A DNA stretch of 64,000 bases from Deltaproteobacteria bacterium SG8_13. GTDB lineage: Bacteria > Desulfobacterota > Desulfobacteria > Desulfobacterales > SG8-13. Under the pieces are notes generated by a model. The model was not told the DNA's origin. It worked only from the letters and a program-made list of their open reading frames with translations, and searched no databases. The translations under genes and the position numbers were made by a program. The DNA lies in NCBI GenBank assembly GCA_001303025.1, contig LJNK01000001.1, positions 41 through 64,040 of the forward strand. The letters run 5' to 3'. Positions 26,405 through 35,017 of the stretch are shown piece by piece (the stretch's first letter is position 1; each line of letters begins with the position of its first letter).

Positions 26405-28846
26405 ATGGCCAACCCAGCCCCCTCTTCGGGTGCCCGAAATGAAAGCAAGGATCTTTCCGATCTGCGCATCACGATAAATATTATTCGCGACTTTTTGACC
26501 CTGGTCGAATTGCTCGATACCCTGCCGAACATGTCAAAGGTCCCCTATGACGTAACCCGCAGTCTGTACCAGTCCGTATCGAAGGGACGCGACATTCACA
26601 TGCTCGGAAGAGAACTGGAGGGATTCTTCGGCCCGCCAAAGAAAGAACCCGGCAAACCATTGCCGAAAATGCTCCGATTTCATCCTACCATCAAATACCT
26701 GGACGGCATTCGCGACGAACAAGCGCTGTACATCAAAAAAACCAAAAATGGTTTTTTCTATGGCGCCCTCTGGCCCTGGTTCAAGACACCGGAAAACATC
26801 ACGGTTCACCTCGGCTACATCGGCAACAAGATGTCCGGCAAGGACTTTGACAAGCTCAACAAAACGGTCAAAACCCGGCTGCTGAATGAAAAAATATTCG
26901 ACGAGCTGGCTGCCGGCGAAGGAGGGCGGATTCACGGAATCAGCCTGGCGTCCTTTCTGCAGATGGGTCAACTCGAAAAGGTCTCGTGTTCACTGGAGGT
27001 GAAAACCGCCGGTGCAGGAGGGTACCTGCATCTTTATAACGGGGAGCTGTGCGATGCCAAAACCGGCAACTTGAGCGGAAAGTCGGCCGCCTACGAAGTG
27101 ATCAGCTGGGACAACACGGAAATCGATCTCAGGGATCTTGGCGGGAAAAAGAAAAATGAGATCAATCAGCCGCTGGTGCAGGTGCTCAGCGAGGCGCTCA
27201 GGCTCCGGAAGAGCAAGAAGAACAAACCGGGCGTTTCGGCTGCGGCTGCCGGTCTCGCAGCGCGCGGGCCCACAGACGATCGCTACAAGGCGCTGCGTGA
27301 CGCCCAGGCGTCGAAGGACAGGCGCCTGATGCCGGTCATCCTCGGCACCCTGCTGGCCCTGATGATCATCGGTGCCGGGGCCGTGTTCGGCATGCGTTTT
27401 GTGAAAACCTGGCAACTGAAGAAAGAGTATCAGGCGGTTCTCACCCAGGTTGCGGGGATCCAGGACCCTGAAGAAATAGCGGCGCTGCTGCAGGAATTCG
27501 CCGATTCCCATGAATACACAGACCAGGCGGATGATGCGATGACCCGGATTCGGAAAATCTATGCAGGCGTAGAGGACCACGAATACCGGCTGGTTCTGGA
27601 GCGGGTGGCCCGGCTTCCCATCGACGAAAAATACGAAGAGACCGCTTCTGAAATTTACGACCAGTACCTGATGGAGTATCCGGATAGCGAACACTACAAC
27701 GACATCCAGGTCAAGCTTTCCGAGATCCCCATTGTGATCGACGATGTCGATTTCCAGAAGGTTCAGAAGGTCGCCGAACAAGATTATGACAACCGCATTG
27801 CGGCTTACCTCGATTATATGGTGAAGCATCCCAACGGACGGCACAAATCGAAGGTCGAATCCTTTGTAGCGGAGATGAGCGAGGAGTATTACGATCACCT
27901 GCTAACAGAAGTTCCGCGTTGCGACAGAGAAGAGAATTGGGACCGCTGCCTGTTGCTGTGTGACAATTTTCTGGGGTACTTTCGAAACCATCACCGTGCT
28001 TATGAAATCGAAGCGTTGAAAGGGGTTTTGATCGACAAGAAAGAGGTGGCGGCCCTGATGCAGACCGTCAAAGAACTGGGGGACCGGTTCGAACTGGCAA
28101 AAATGGTGTTGACCGAGTATTTGGAAGAAAACCCGTACTCCTCTCAGGCGGAGAAGGTCAAAGAACAACTGACCAAGATCCGGCGCAACCTTGCCATAAC
28201 CCACGAGTGGGAGCAGGCGCTGGCATACAGCCAGGACAACCGATACCCCTATCGCGACCGGATTGGGTATCTGACCCGTTATATCCAGCAGAATCCCTCC
28301 GGCCGATACACCGATGAAGCAAAGCAGGTGCTGGTTCAGCTGCAGCAGGAGAACCGAACCCGATACAACGAGTTGATCAAGGCTGAACAGGCCCAGCAGG
28401 CTGAGCAGCTGGCGGAGGAAAAAGCGCGGCTCCAGAAGGTAAGAAACAGGCTGGTCGCTCAAATCCGGCAGGCCGGCGGTCGGTTTGCCGCCAACGACAA
28501 TGACACCTTCATCGACACCCGAACCAATCTGACATGGTGTCTGCTCGACTCGAGCGTGATGTTGAATCAATGCCAGAATTTCAACGACGCCCAGCAGTAC
28601 GTCAAAAATCTCAACACCGGCGGGTACACGGACTGGCGTCTGCCTTACGGGAACGAGCTGGCCGGTCTCTACAAGAATGAGCCGTATTTTCCCGGTGACA
28701 GTTCTCCCTGGTACTGGACCGCCGAAGTGTTTGTCAAAGGCTATCGCAAACAGGTGATGGCAGTCACGTCCGTCCGGGAACTGGGGCACAACCGCCTGAA
28801 GAAAAACCTGAATCAGTGCGGTGCGGTCCGCGCGGTGCGTCCCTAA
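26405..28846 (+). CDS. Bitopic 813-aa protein: cytoplasmic DUF4388/PATAN-like domain, 1 TM, long helical-repeat region, C-terminal DUF1566 (Lcl-C-like) domain
   Basis: AAGGAG precedes the ATG. The DUF4388-like part is GISLASFLQMGQLEKVSCSLEVKTAGAGGYLHLYNGELCDA...AYEVISW. The TM segment is LMPVILGTLLALMIIGAGAVFGM. The DUF1566-like part is TNLTWCLLDS...GGYTDWRLPYGNELAGLY...WYWTAE. Confidence 0.6.
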   Translation: MANPAPSSGARNESKDLSDLRITINIIRDFLTLVELLDTLPNMSKVPYDVTRSLYQSVSKGRDIHMLGRELEGFFGPPKKEPGKPLPKMLRFHPTIKYLDGIRDEQALYIKKTKNGFFYGALWPWFKTPENITVHLGYIGNKMSGKDFDKLNKTVKTRLLNEKIFDELAAGEGGRIHGISLASFLQMGQLEKVSCSLEVKTAGAGGYLHLYNGELCDAKTGNLSGKSAAYEVISWDNTEIDLRDLGGKKKNEINQPLVQVLSEALRLRKSKKNKPGVSAAAAGLAARGPTDDRYKALRDAQASKDRRLMPVILGTLLALMIIGAGAVFGMRFVKTWQLKKEYQAVLTQVAGIQDPEEIAALLQEFADSHEYTDQADDAMTRIRKIYAGVEDHEYRLVLERVARLPIDEKYEETASEIYDQYLMEYPDSEHYNDIQVKLSEIPIVIDDVDFQKVQKVAEQDYDNRIAAYLDYMVKHPNGRHKSKVESFVAEMSEEYYDHLLTEVPRCDREENWDRCLLLCDNFLGYFRNHHRAYEIEALKGVLIDKKEVAALMQTVKELGDRFELAKMVLTEYLEENPYSSQAEKVKEQLTKIRRNLAITHEWEQALAYSQDNRYPYRDRIGYLTRYIQQNPSGRYTDEAKQVLVQLQQENRTRYNELIKAEQAQQAEQLAEEKARLQKVRNRLVAQIRQAGGRFAANDNDTFIDTRTNLTWCLLDSSVMLNQCQNFNDAQQYVKNLNTGGYTDWRLPYGNELAGLYKNEPYFPGDSSPWYWTAEVFVKGYRKQVMAVTSVRELGHNRLKKNLNQCGAVRAVRP

Positions 28847-29844
28847 CCGACAGTTACGACGACACGCCCCGTTACCTTGCCGGCCAGTATCTGATCTATC
28901 AGAGGGTCGAGCGCCTCCAGATCGACCTGAGAAGACAGTCCTTCCAGATCGGCCGGTTTCCACTGCCCGGCGAGTTTTTGCCACACCGCTTGGCGAAGAT
29001 CCATGGGGCACTCCACCGAGTCGATGCCCAGCAGGCTGACGCCCCTGAGGATGAACGGGAAAACGGTCGTTGAAAGACTCGGAGAGGCCACCAGGCCACA
29101 GCACGTTGCGACACCCCCGTATTGCAGCGATTTCAGTGCGCTGGCAAGAATGTCGCCTCCAACCGTATCCACCACCCCTGCCCATCTTCCCTTCAGCATC
29201 GGCCGGCCACTGGTATCCGTTGCTTCTTCACGGCTGATGACTTCGGTTGCCCCGAGCTGATCGAGGAAGCTTTTCCGGTCGGTTTTTCCGCTGACGGCAA
29301 CCACCCGGAATCCAATTTTGGCCAGCACGGCGACGGCAACGCTGCCCACGCCGCCGGTTGCACCGGTCACCAGCACCTCACCGCGATCGGGCGTTACACC
29401 GCATTCCTGCAGTTTCCAAACAGAAAGCCCCGCGGTGAATCCGGCGGTTCCCAAGATCATGCTTTCCCGCAGGGATAGGCCGTCCGGCAGCCGCACGACC
29501 CAGTCGGCAGGGACACGGATATATTCGGCAAAGCCACCGGGCGTATTCATACCCAGATCATAACCGGTGACGACCACAGGGGCGCCGGCACGCAAACGAT
29601 CGGTGGCGCTGGCAGCGACCTCTCCGGCTGCATCGATGCCGGGAGTGTGCGGGAATTGGCGGGTGACACCCTTATTCCCGGTTGCCGACAGTGCGTCCTT
29701 GTAATTGAGCGACGAGTATTTTACCCGAATCAGGACCTCGCCGTCCGGCAATTCATCGATCGATCTTGTTCCGATGCGGCGAACAAATTTTTTGTCCGCC
29801 ACTTCTTCCACCACCATGGCCTTGAATTGTTCTGGAATTTCCAT
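28843..29844 (-). CDS. YhdH/AcuI-type MDR-family NADPH-dependent oxidoreductase (acrylyl-CoA reductase-like)
   Basis: The ATG at 29844 is preceded by GGAAGGGGGG. SSLNYKDALSATGNKGVTRQFPHTPGIDAAGEV and VLVTGATGGVGSVAV match the YhdH subfamily. Its 3' end overlaps the convergent gene by 4 nt. Confidence 0.85.
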   Translation of the reverse strand: MEIPEQFKAMVVEEVADKKFVRRIGTRSIDELPDGEVLIRVKYSSLNYKDALSATGNKGVTRQFPHTPGIDAAGEVAASATDRLRAGAPVVVTGYDLGMNTPGGFAEYIRVPADWVVRLPDGLSLRESMILGTAGFTAGLSVWKLQECGVTPDRGEVLVTGATGGVGSVAVAVLAKIGFRVVAVSGKTDRKSFLDQLGATEVISREEATDTSGRPMLKGRWAGVVDTVGGDILASALKSLQYGGVATCCGLVASPSLSTTVFPFILRGVSLLGIDSVECPMDLRQAVWQKLAGQWKPADLEGLSSQVDLEALDPLIDQILAGKVTGRVVVTVG

Positions 29845-30269
29845 GCGCCCCCCTTCCAGGATGTGTGTTCGGTTGGCTCTGTCGCCTGCGCCTGTCAGAA
29901 ACTTTGTCACCTAATACCGAAAGATCAGAAAAATCATGTTGCCACAATTCGTTGTGTGTTCTCCCCTGCAAATTCCTGTGATCATTGGCTGGGTGAAGAA
30001 TCAGCCGGTTCGATCGAAATCTGCCGGCCCGCCCGTTCCGCGGTGCCTGCGGCCGGTGTTCCGTCGCTTGCGGTGCGCGCATTGCATGGGGCCGGCTCCG
30101 CCCGATGCATTTTGTATCAACGAGCAAATGCCGCCCGTGCGGGCTATGTGCGGGGGACAAATTCCCGATCCTTGCTTATGCAAAACAGCATGTCGAACCG
30201 AATCTTTCAAGACTTTCTTTGCCCCCTGTTCGATTTACCGTTTACAGGGGAAAAGAATTGAAATATAAA

Positions 30270-30298
30270 TTGACATTGTAATACAATTTTAATACAAT
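30270..30298 (+). promoter_or_regulatory. Near-consensus sigma70 promoter (TTGACA-17-TACAAT) giving a leaderless or near-leaderless RHH-PilZ mRNA
   Basis: TTGACA lies at 30270-30275, followed by a 17-nt spacer and TACAAT at 30293-30298. Only 9 nt (tatcctgct, no SD) separate the -10 from the ATG at 30308. Confidence 0.5.
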
Positions 30299-30299
30299 T
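30279..30299. promoter_or_regulatory. Tandem direct repeat TAATACAATT x2 overlapping the promoter spacer and -10; candidate RHH operator
   Basis: Exact 10-bp copies lie at 30279-30288 and 30290-30299, an 11-bp period. RHH proteins typically bind short tandem or inverted repeats at their own promoters. The function is inferred. Confidence 0.35.
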
Positions 30300-30307
30300 A
30301 TCCTGCT

Positions 30308-30808
30308 ATGAAAAAAGACATCGTATACAGCATTCGGATGAGTCTGGTTGTCCGCGAAGCGTTGAAGAGGGCGGCCAAAAAGGAACGGCGGACAGTAGCG
30401 TCATTGCTCGACAAAATAATCCTCGACTACCTCGAAGAGCAACGCTACCTGCTCCCCCACGAGACCGGGTCCGACCGCAGGGGATTCCAGCGGCGCAAAA
30501 TAACGCTGCCGGCCTCCACTGTTGTCGTGGACGGAGATCCTTCCGAAATCTTTCCCTGCGTGATCACCGATATTGCCATGGGCGGTGTGTTCGTTACCTA
30601 TCCAAAGGGATCGAGGATCAAGGAAGTCTTCATGCGCGACCTGGACCGGTTTTTTCTCTCCTTCAAACTTCCCCAGACCGGCGAAGAGCTCCGCTTTGAC
30701 TGCGATGCCCGGCGCATGGTGGAAGTGGACGGGGAGATTCAGGTGGGCGCTATCCTCAACGAGCCGGACGAGCAAGACCTGGGCAAACTGAAATCGTACC
30801 TGATTTAG
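30308..30808 (+). CDS. Ribbon-helix-helix (CopG-like) DNA-binding domain fused to a PilZ (c-di-GMP receptor) domain
   Basis: The N-terminus IVYSIRMSLVVREALKRAAKKERRTVASLLDKIILDYLEE has a strand-helix-helix pattern. PilZ motifs follow: RRGFQRRK (RxxxR) and DIAMGG (a D-x-S/A-x-x-G variant). Confidence 0.65.
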   Translation: MKKDIVYSIRMSLVVREALKRAAKKERRTVASLLDKIILDYLEEQRYLLPHETGSDRRGFQRRKITLPASTVVVDGDPSEIFPCVITDIAMGGVFVTYPKGSRIKEVFMRDLDRFFLSFKLPQTGEELRFDCDARRMVEVDGEIQVGAILNEPDEQDLGKLKSYLI

Positions 30809-30831
30809 ACCAAATCCCCTGGAATGCGAAC

Positions 30832-30854
30832 GCTGCACTTGCGGCCCCGTTTTT
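30832..30854 (+). terminator. Weak candidate intrinsic terminator after the RHH-PilZ gene
   Basis: The structure is GCUGC-ACUU-GCGGC, a 5-bp stem including one G-U, followed by CCCGTTTTT. The stem is short, so this is low confidence. Confidence 0.25.
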
Positions 30855-31063
30855 CCATGGGTGATTTCATTGCCGCCGCCGCCGCAGATATCCGGCTATA
30901 CCCGCGATCCGTCCGATTGCGCCGGCTCTGTGCGGTTGCGATGGCAAAGCAGCAAAACCCTGATGGACAGATAATTAGCAGGCGCCCTGTCTGATGGATG
31001 CACGGAGCGAGCCACAAACTTCCGGCATCTTACCATTATACAGGGCCAAAGGAGGCTATGATC

Positions 31064-31669
31064 ATGAAAAGGCGTATGACAGCAACACTGGCGGTTATCA
31101 TTGCAATGACCTTTCTGATCGGATGTGTGACGACTTCGGGATCGAAGAGCGGCTCTGCATCCGGCTCCGGTGCCCCAAAAGCCGAGCCGGGCAGCTACAG
31201 CCAGGTACCGGCATCGCTGCGGGGTCCGGTGAAAGAAGCCGAGTTCGACCTGAGGCAGGCCAGTGAGGACATGAAACTTGCCGATGAAAAGGTCAAGCTG
31301 GCGGAGCTGCAGAAAGAATGGGCACTGCTCAACGACAAGAATGCCGGTTACGTGAAGAAACTGGCCGAAGTGCGGCGGGCCAAAGCCGAGATCGTCGTCG
31401 AAGTCAGAAAGGCCGAGGCCATCGACAATGCAGGCCTGGGCGACAAGGAAGAGAACATCAAGAACATTGCAAAACTGAGAACCAAAGAACTCGATATTTC
31501 CACTGACGAGATCAAGGTCCAGGCCGATATCGACACCACCGAACTGAGGCTCAAAAAGCTGGACAAGCAGATCCGAAGCCAGCAGGCAGCGGTGGCCAAA
31601 GCTGCCGGACACACCGGCAAAACAAACGCCAGCAGCAAAAAGTCGAAAAAAAGAGCGGCAAAAAAGTAA
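31064..31669 (+). CDS. Coiled-coil lipoprotein with a Lys-rich C-terminal tail, unknown function
   Basis: AAGGAGG lies 8 nt upstream of the ATG at 31064. MKRRMTATLAVIIAMTFLIGC is a signal peptide plus lipobox. The rest is heptad-like and K/E/A-rich, ending in SSKKSKKRAAKK. Confidence 0.6.
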   Translation: MKRRMTATLAVIIAMTFLIGCVTTSGSKSGSASGSGAPKAEPGSYSQVPASLRGPVKEAEFDLRQASEDMKLADEKVKLAELQKEWALLNDKNAGYVKKLAEVRRAKAEIVVEVRKAEAIDNAGLGDKEENIKNIAKLRTKELDISTDEIKVQADIDTTELRLKKLDKQIRSQQAAVAKAAGHTGKTNASSKKSKKRAAKK

Positions 31670-31699
31670 GCAAGAAGAAGTAACGCATTGGAGGAGATC

Positions 31700-32152
31700 A
31701 TGAAGAATTTTCGAGGATTTCTGAAACTGATTCTTGTCGGCCTGTCGCTGGTGGTGGCTGCTTGCTCTGCCAAGATTTATGGCAGTGTGCAGTTGGTAGA
31801 TCCAGAGATGAAGCCGATCGAAAGCGAAAGCGCCCAGGGCACGGTAATCAACATGATCAACACCACCGCCCAGGTCGAAAATGCATCGACTTCCGCCGTT
31901 GTTGACGAAAAGGGGAAGTTCGAATCCGCGAAAGAGTCGATCGTGCCGGGCACCTACAAGGTGGAGGCGGCCAGAATCGGGTTTGAAACGGAGACCGAGA
32001 CCGTGGAAATCAAGGGAAGCAGCAGTAAAAAAATCGAGTTCAAGCTCAAGAAGATCGAGGAAGGCAAGCGCCGAACCATCGAGAGTTCTTCGACCGACGC
32101 AGATAAGATCATCAATCCCGGTGAAGTCAACATTCGTCCGCCCGGCATGTAA
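31700..32152 (+). CDS. Small lipoprotein with a carboxypeptidase-regulatory-like (Ig-like beta-sandwich) domain
   Basis: GGAGGAG precedes the ATG at 31700. MKNFRGFLKLILVGLSLVVAAC contains a lipobox. GTYKVEAARIGFETETETVEI has a CarboxypepD_reg-like pattern. Confidence 0.6.
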   Translation: MKNFRGFLKLILVGLSLVVAACSAKIYGSVQLVDPEMKPIESESAQGTVINMINTTAQVENASTSAVVDEKGKFESAKESIVPGTYKVEAARIGFETETETVEIKGSSSKKIEFKLKKIEEGKRRTIESSSTDADKIINPGEVNIRPPGM

Positions 32153-32293
32153 TCTTCAGCCGGGCGCCCAAATACGGAATACGAGGCGAGCAGCCATCTT
32201 CTCAAGCGGGAGACCGGAGGTGGCGTGTCGGCGGCAGGCGACTGTGCGCCTGATGACAGACGTCTCAAACGAATCCGATTCTTTGGAGGTACC

Positions 32294-35002
32294 ATGATTG
32301 CCAACCGAGCCACCCGATGGGGTATAGCAATTGCCGCAGCGTTTTTCTTTTTAGCCTGTGAGGGGTCGAAAACGGTAGACCTGGAACTGGAGCTTACCGT
32401 CACCCTCGACGGCAAACCAGCTCCTGCGGCAAAAGTGTTAATCGATGGCACACACGTCGGCGCCACCGATGACAGCGGGCATTTTCTACAGAAACTCAGC
32501 AAGCTGCCGGGAACGGAAGTTCAAGTGGCCGTGGAAAAGGAGGCTGCCGGGTATCGTGTCGATCCCTGGAAAGACTCTTTCGTCACCAAACTGACCCAAC
32601 CGGGAACCATTGAACGGTACGGGTTCAAACCGGATCTGAGTGCCACCCGCTATTTTACCCTGTTGGTTACCGATGAGGGCGAGCCGGTCGAAGGCGCCGC
32701 GGTTCAGATTCAGGGCGAGCGGGTTTCCGAGACCGGGCAGGCCGGAGAATACGAGTACAGCTATCAACGGACTCCCGGCAAAGGGTTTGCGGTCAGTGTT
32801 TCCAAACCAGGCTATCTCGCCTGGCGAAAGACCGTCAGCGTCCAGCCCGGAGAACTGTACACGGTTGATCTGCAAAAGAAAGAAGCCAAACCGGCTCCGC
32901 AGGTGGCGGCAGTGGCCCCACCGGCGGAAAAAGAGCCGCCGGCACCGGTGAAGGCCGCCGCGCCTGCTCCGAAGGCAGCTCCGAAACCGAAGGCCCAGAG
33001 CACCACGCTGTATGTCGGCGCACTGACGGAAGCCTACGGCGTTACGCGTGCCGTACCCGGTGTATCGGTGGCTGCCGGCGGCACGGCGGTCGGCAAGACC
33101 AATGCCAAGGGGGCCCTCGTATACACTTACAAGGGACAGCCCGCCGAGACGGTAAACATCAAGCTGACCTCCCCCGGCCTCATACCGGCAGAATGGGAAA
33201 GCACCGTTCCACTGAGAAACAAACGGCGGGTTCAGCGTTATTTTTACCCGGTGAAACCGGATCCCATCCGCGTGGGGATTTACGGTTACGTCAACAACTC
33301 CCCCGACAAGGATCTCACCGATGTTATTGAGCGGGTGGAACTGACCATCGCCAACAACCTGTTCTCCTATGGCGGATTCCGGGAGGTGCCGAAGGACTCC
33401 CTGCAAGCCATGATGCGGCAGGCGAAGCTGGACATGGAGACGGTTTCCACCAAAGGCTGGATGACCACGCCGCTGATCAAAGCGGTGGACATGATCATTT
33501 ACGGCAGCGTCACCGCCGATGAAGTCGGCATGTCCATCGAAACCACCGTTACTACGGCCGACGGCACCATCATCTTGAGCCAGATCAACCCGGCCAGGAA
33601 AAAAGAAAACATTAAAAACACCGCCAAACTGATAGTCGGCGGCATTGTCGATCAGTTCCCATTCGAAGGCACCGTTTCGGAGGTGGCGCCCGAAGGCTGC
33701 CGCATCAATCTTGGCAAGGCCGATTTTCAGCTCCGACGCGGCAACGAGTTCCGCTATATGGTGGCGGATACCGATCGATCGGGCCGCCTGAAAGGGTATA
33801 AGGATGCCGGGTTGCTGCGGGTTATTCAAACCGACGACGCGTCATCGCTGCTGGAGGTCGTGGAACTGGCAGAAGGCACCCAGCTGAGCGTCGGTGATCG
33901 GGTGGTACGCCGAATCTATCTCGACGAACGAAGAGAAACCGAAAAGGCCACCGCCACTGTTTCGGTGACAGGCGGAATGCCGCCGGACAGCAGGCCCCTG
34001 TGGGGCGTAAATATCTATTTGAACAACACCTGGGTGGGTACCACCGGATCCAAGGGGTCGGTGAACATACCGGTGCGCCTTTATGAAGAACAGGATATCC
34101 TGCTCTCCCGCCACGGTTACCAGCAACTGCGTGACACCGTCAGCTTCGGTGAGAACAAGGAGGTCATGACATTTAGCCTCGATGTCGCCAGCGCGCTGTT
34201 CAAGGTGGAGTCGGAGCCATCCGGCGCCGAAGTCTCCATTGACGGGACGGTGATCGGCACCACGCCGATGATGAAAGGTGAGTTGGTCAATTTCGGATTC
34301 CGCAAGGTCAAACTGACCGTTGGCGGAGATTTCCGCGATTGGGAGCAGGTGATCGAATTCAACCAGCCCGAAGTGGACCGAACCGGCGGCCGTAAAATAG
34401 TGTTTCTGAAAGATTACATGAAGATCGGCAAACGGGCCGAAGCGCAGGGCAATATGGATGCTGCCATCACGGCATACGCCAGCACCGAAAGAGAGAACCC
34501 GGATTACTCGGAAGCGCGCTGCAGGCTTGCGCAATTGTACATGGACGAAAAAAACGACAGTGACGCCGCCATTCGGGAATTCGAAAGCGTGCTGTCGTTG
34601 CCCGAAAACCGGCAGATCATTTACAAGCAGTTTGCCGTGACATACACCAACTTGGGGCACGCATATTATGAAAAGGGCAACAGCCTGGTGCGCGACGACC
34701 AGCGGGCGGCTGCTCAACATTTTGCCTCGGCCCTGAAAAACCTGGGCATTGCCAAGCAGAACACACGCTTCTTCCCCACGGCCTATTACGACGAAGCTTT
34801 GCACGACACCTATTACTACACGGCGATTTCTTATCACAAGCTCTACCTGGTGACAAAGAAACGTTCGCTGATCGACAGAGCCGACCGGGCGTGGCAGGAG
34901 TATTTTGACTTTTACCCGGAATCCCTGGAGGGGAAAAGCAACTTCGTTGCAATGCGCAGCGGAGCTCAAAAATACTGGAGCCAGATAAAAGATCTGAAGT
35001 AG
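32294..35002 (+). CDS. Large (902 aa) multidomain lipoprotein: repeated CarboxypepD_reg/PEGA beta-sandwich domains, LpoB/CsgG-like domain, C-terminal TPR
   Basis: GGAGG precedes the ATG at 32294. The signal peptide and lipobox are AIAAAFFFLAC. A PAK-rich linker lies at about 32880-33000. IRVGIYGYVNNSPDKDLTDVIERVELTIANNLFSYGGFREVP resembles LpoB/CsgG. EPSGAEVSIDGTVIGTTP is a PEGA motif. GNMDAAITAYASTERENPDYSEARCRLAQLY is TPR-like. Confidence 0.65.
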   Translation: MIANRATRWGIAIAAAFFFLACEGSKTVDLELELTVTLDGKPAPAAKVLIDGTHVGATDDSGHFLQKLSKLPGTEVQVAVEKEAAGYRVDPWKDSFVTKLTQPGTIERYGFKPDLSATRYFTLLVTDEGEPVEGAAVQIQGERVSETGQAGEYEYSYQRTPGKGFAVSVSKPGYLAWRKTVSVQPGELYTVDLQKKEAKPAPQVAAVAPPAEKEPPAPVKAAAPAPKAAPKPKAQSTTLYVGALTEAYGVTRAVPGVSVAAGGTAVGKTNAKGALVYTYKGQPAETVNIKLTSPGLIPAEWESTVPLRNKRRVQRYFYPVKPDPIRVGIYGYVNNSPDKDLTDVIERVELTIANNLFSYGGFREVPKDSLQAMMRQAKLDMETVSTKGWMTTPLIKAVDMIIYGSVTADEVGMSIETTVTTADGTIILSQINPARKKENIKNTAKLIVGGIVDQFPFEGTVSEVAPEGCRINLGKADFQLRRGNEFRYMVADTDRSGRLKGYKDAGLLRVIQTDDASSLLEVVELAEGTQLSVGDRVVRRIYLDERRETEKATATVSVTGGMPPDSRPLWGVNIYLNNTWVGTTGSKGSVNIPVRLYEEQDILLSRHGYQQLRDTVSFGENKEVMTFSLDVASALFKVESEPSGAEVSIDGTVIGTTPMMKGELVNFGFRKVKLTVGGDFRDWEQVIEFNQPEVDRTGGRKIVFLKDYMKIGKRAEAQGNMDAAITAYASTERENPDYSEARCRLAQLYMDEKNDSDAAIREFESVLSLPENRQIIYKQFAVTYTNLGHAYYEKGNSLVRDDQRAAAQHFASALKNLGIAKQNTRFFPTAYYDEALHDTYYYTAISYHKLYLVTKKRSLIDRADRAWQEYFDFYPESLEGKSNFVAMRSGAQKYWSQIKDLK

Positions 35003-35017
35003 CGGAGGGAATCGGAG

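Noticed and set aside
29911-30269. Search for a c-di-GMP (GEMM) or other riboswitch upstream of the RHH-PilZ gene and in the 30809-31063 spacer
   Set aside because: I could find no GEMM-like conserved GGCAAACC / tetraloop-receptor arrangement. The strong promoter sits only 9 nt from the ATG, leaving no room for a leader. An Infernal scan would be needed to be certain.
32486-33829. Long antisense ORFs of 300-560 aa opposite real genes, for example 2197..3612, 3296..4411, 26990..27898, 27902..29185, 32486..33829, 33842..35182, 38865..39812, 39703..40869, 41764..42981, 45059..46558, 48018..49412, 51710..53065, 54887..56194, 59295..60968 and 60901..62070
   Set aside because: These are shadow ORFs of a high-GC genome. 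Their translations are Arg/Gly/Pro/His-rich with no motifs, while the opposite strand carries unambiguous family signatures.
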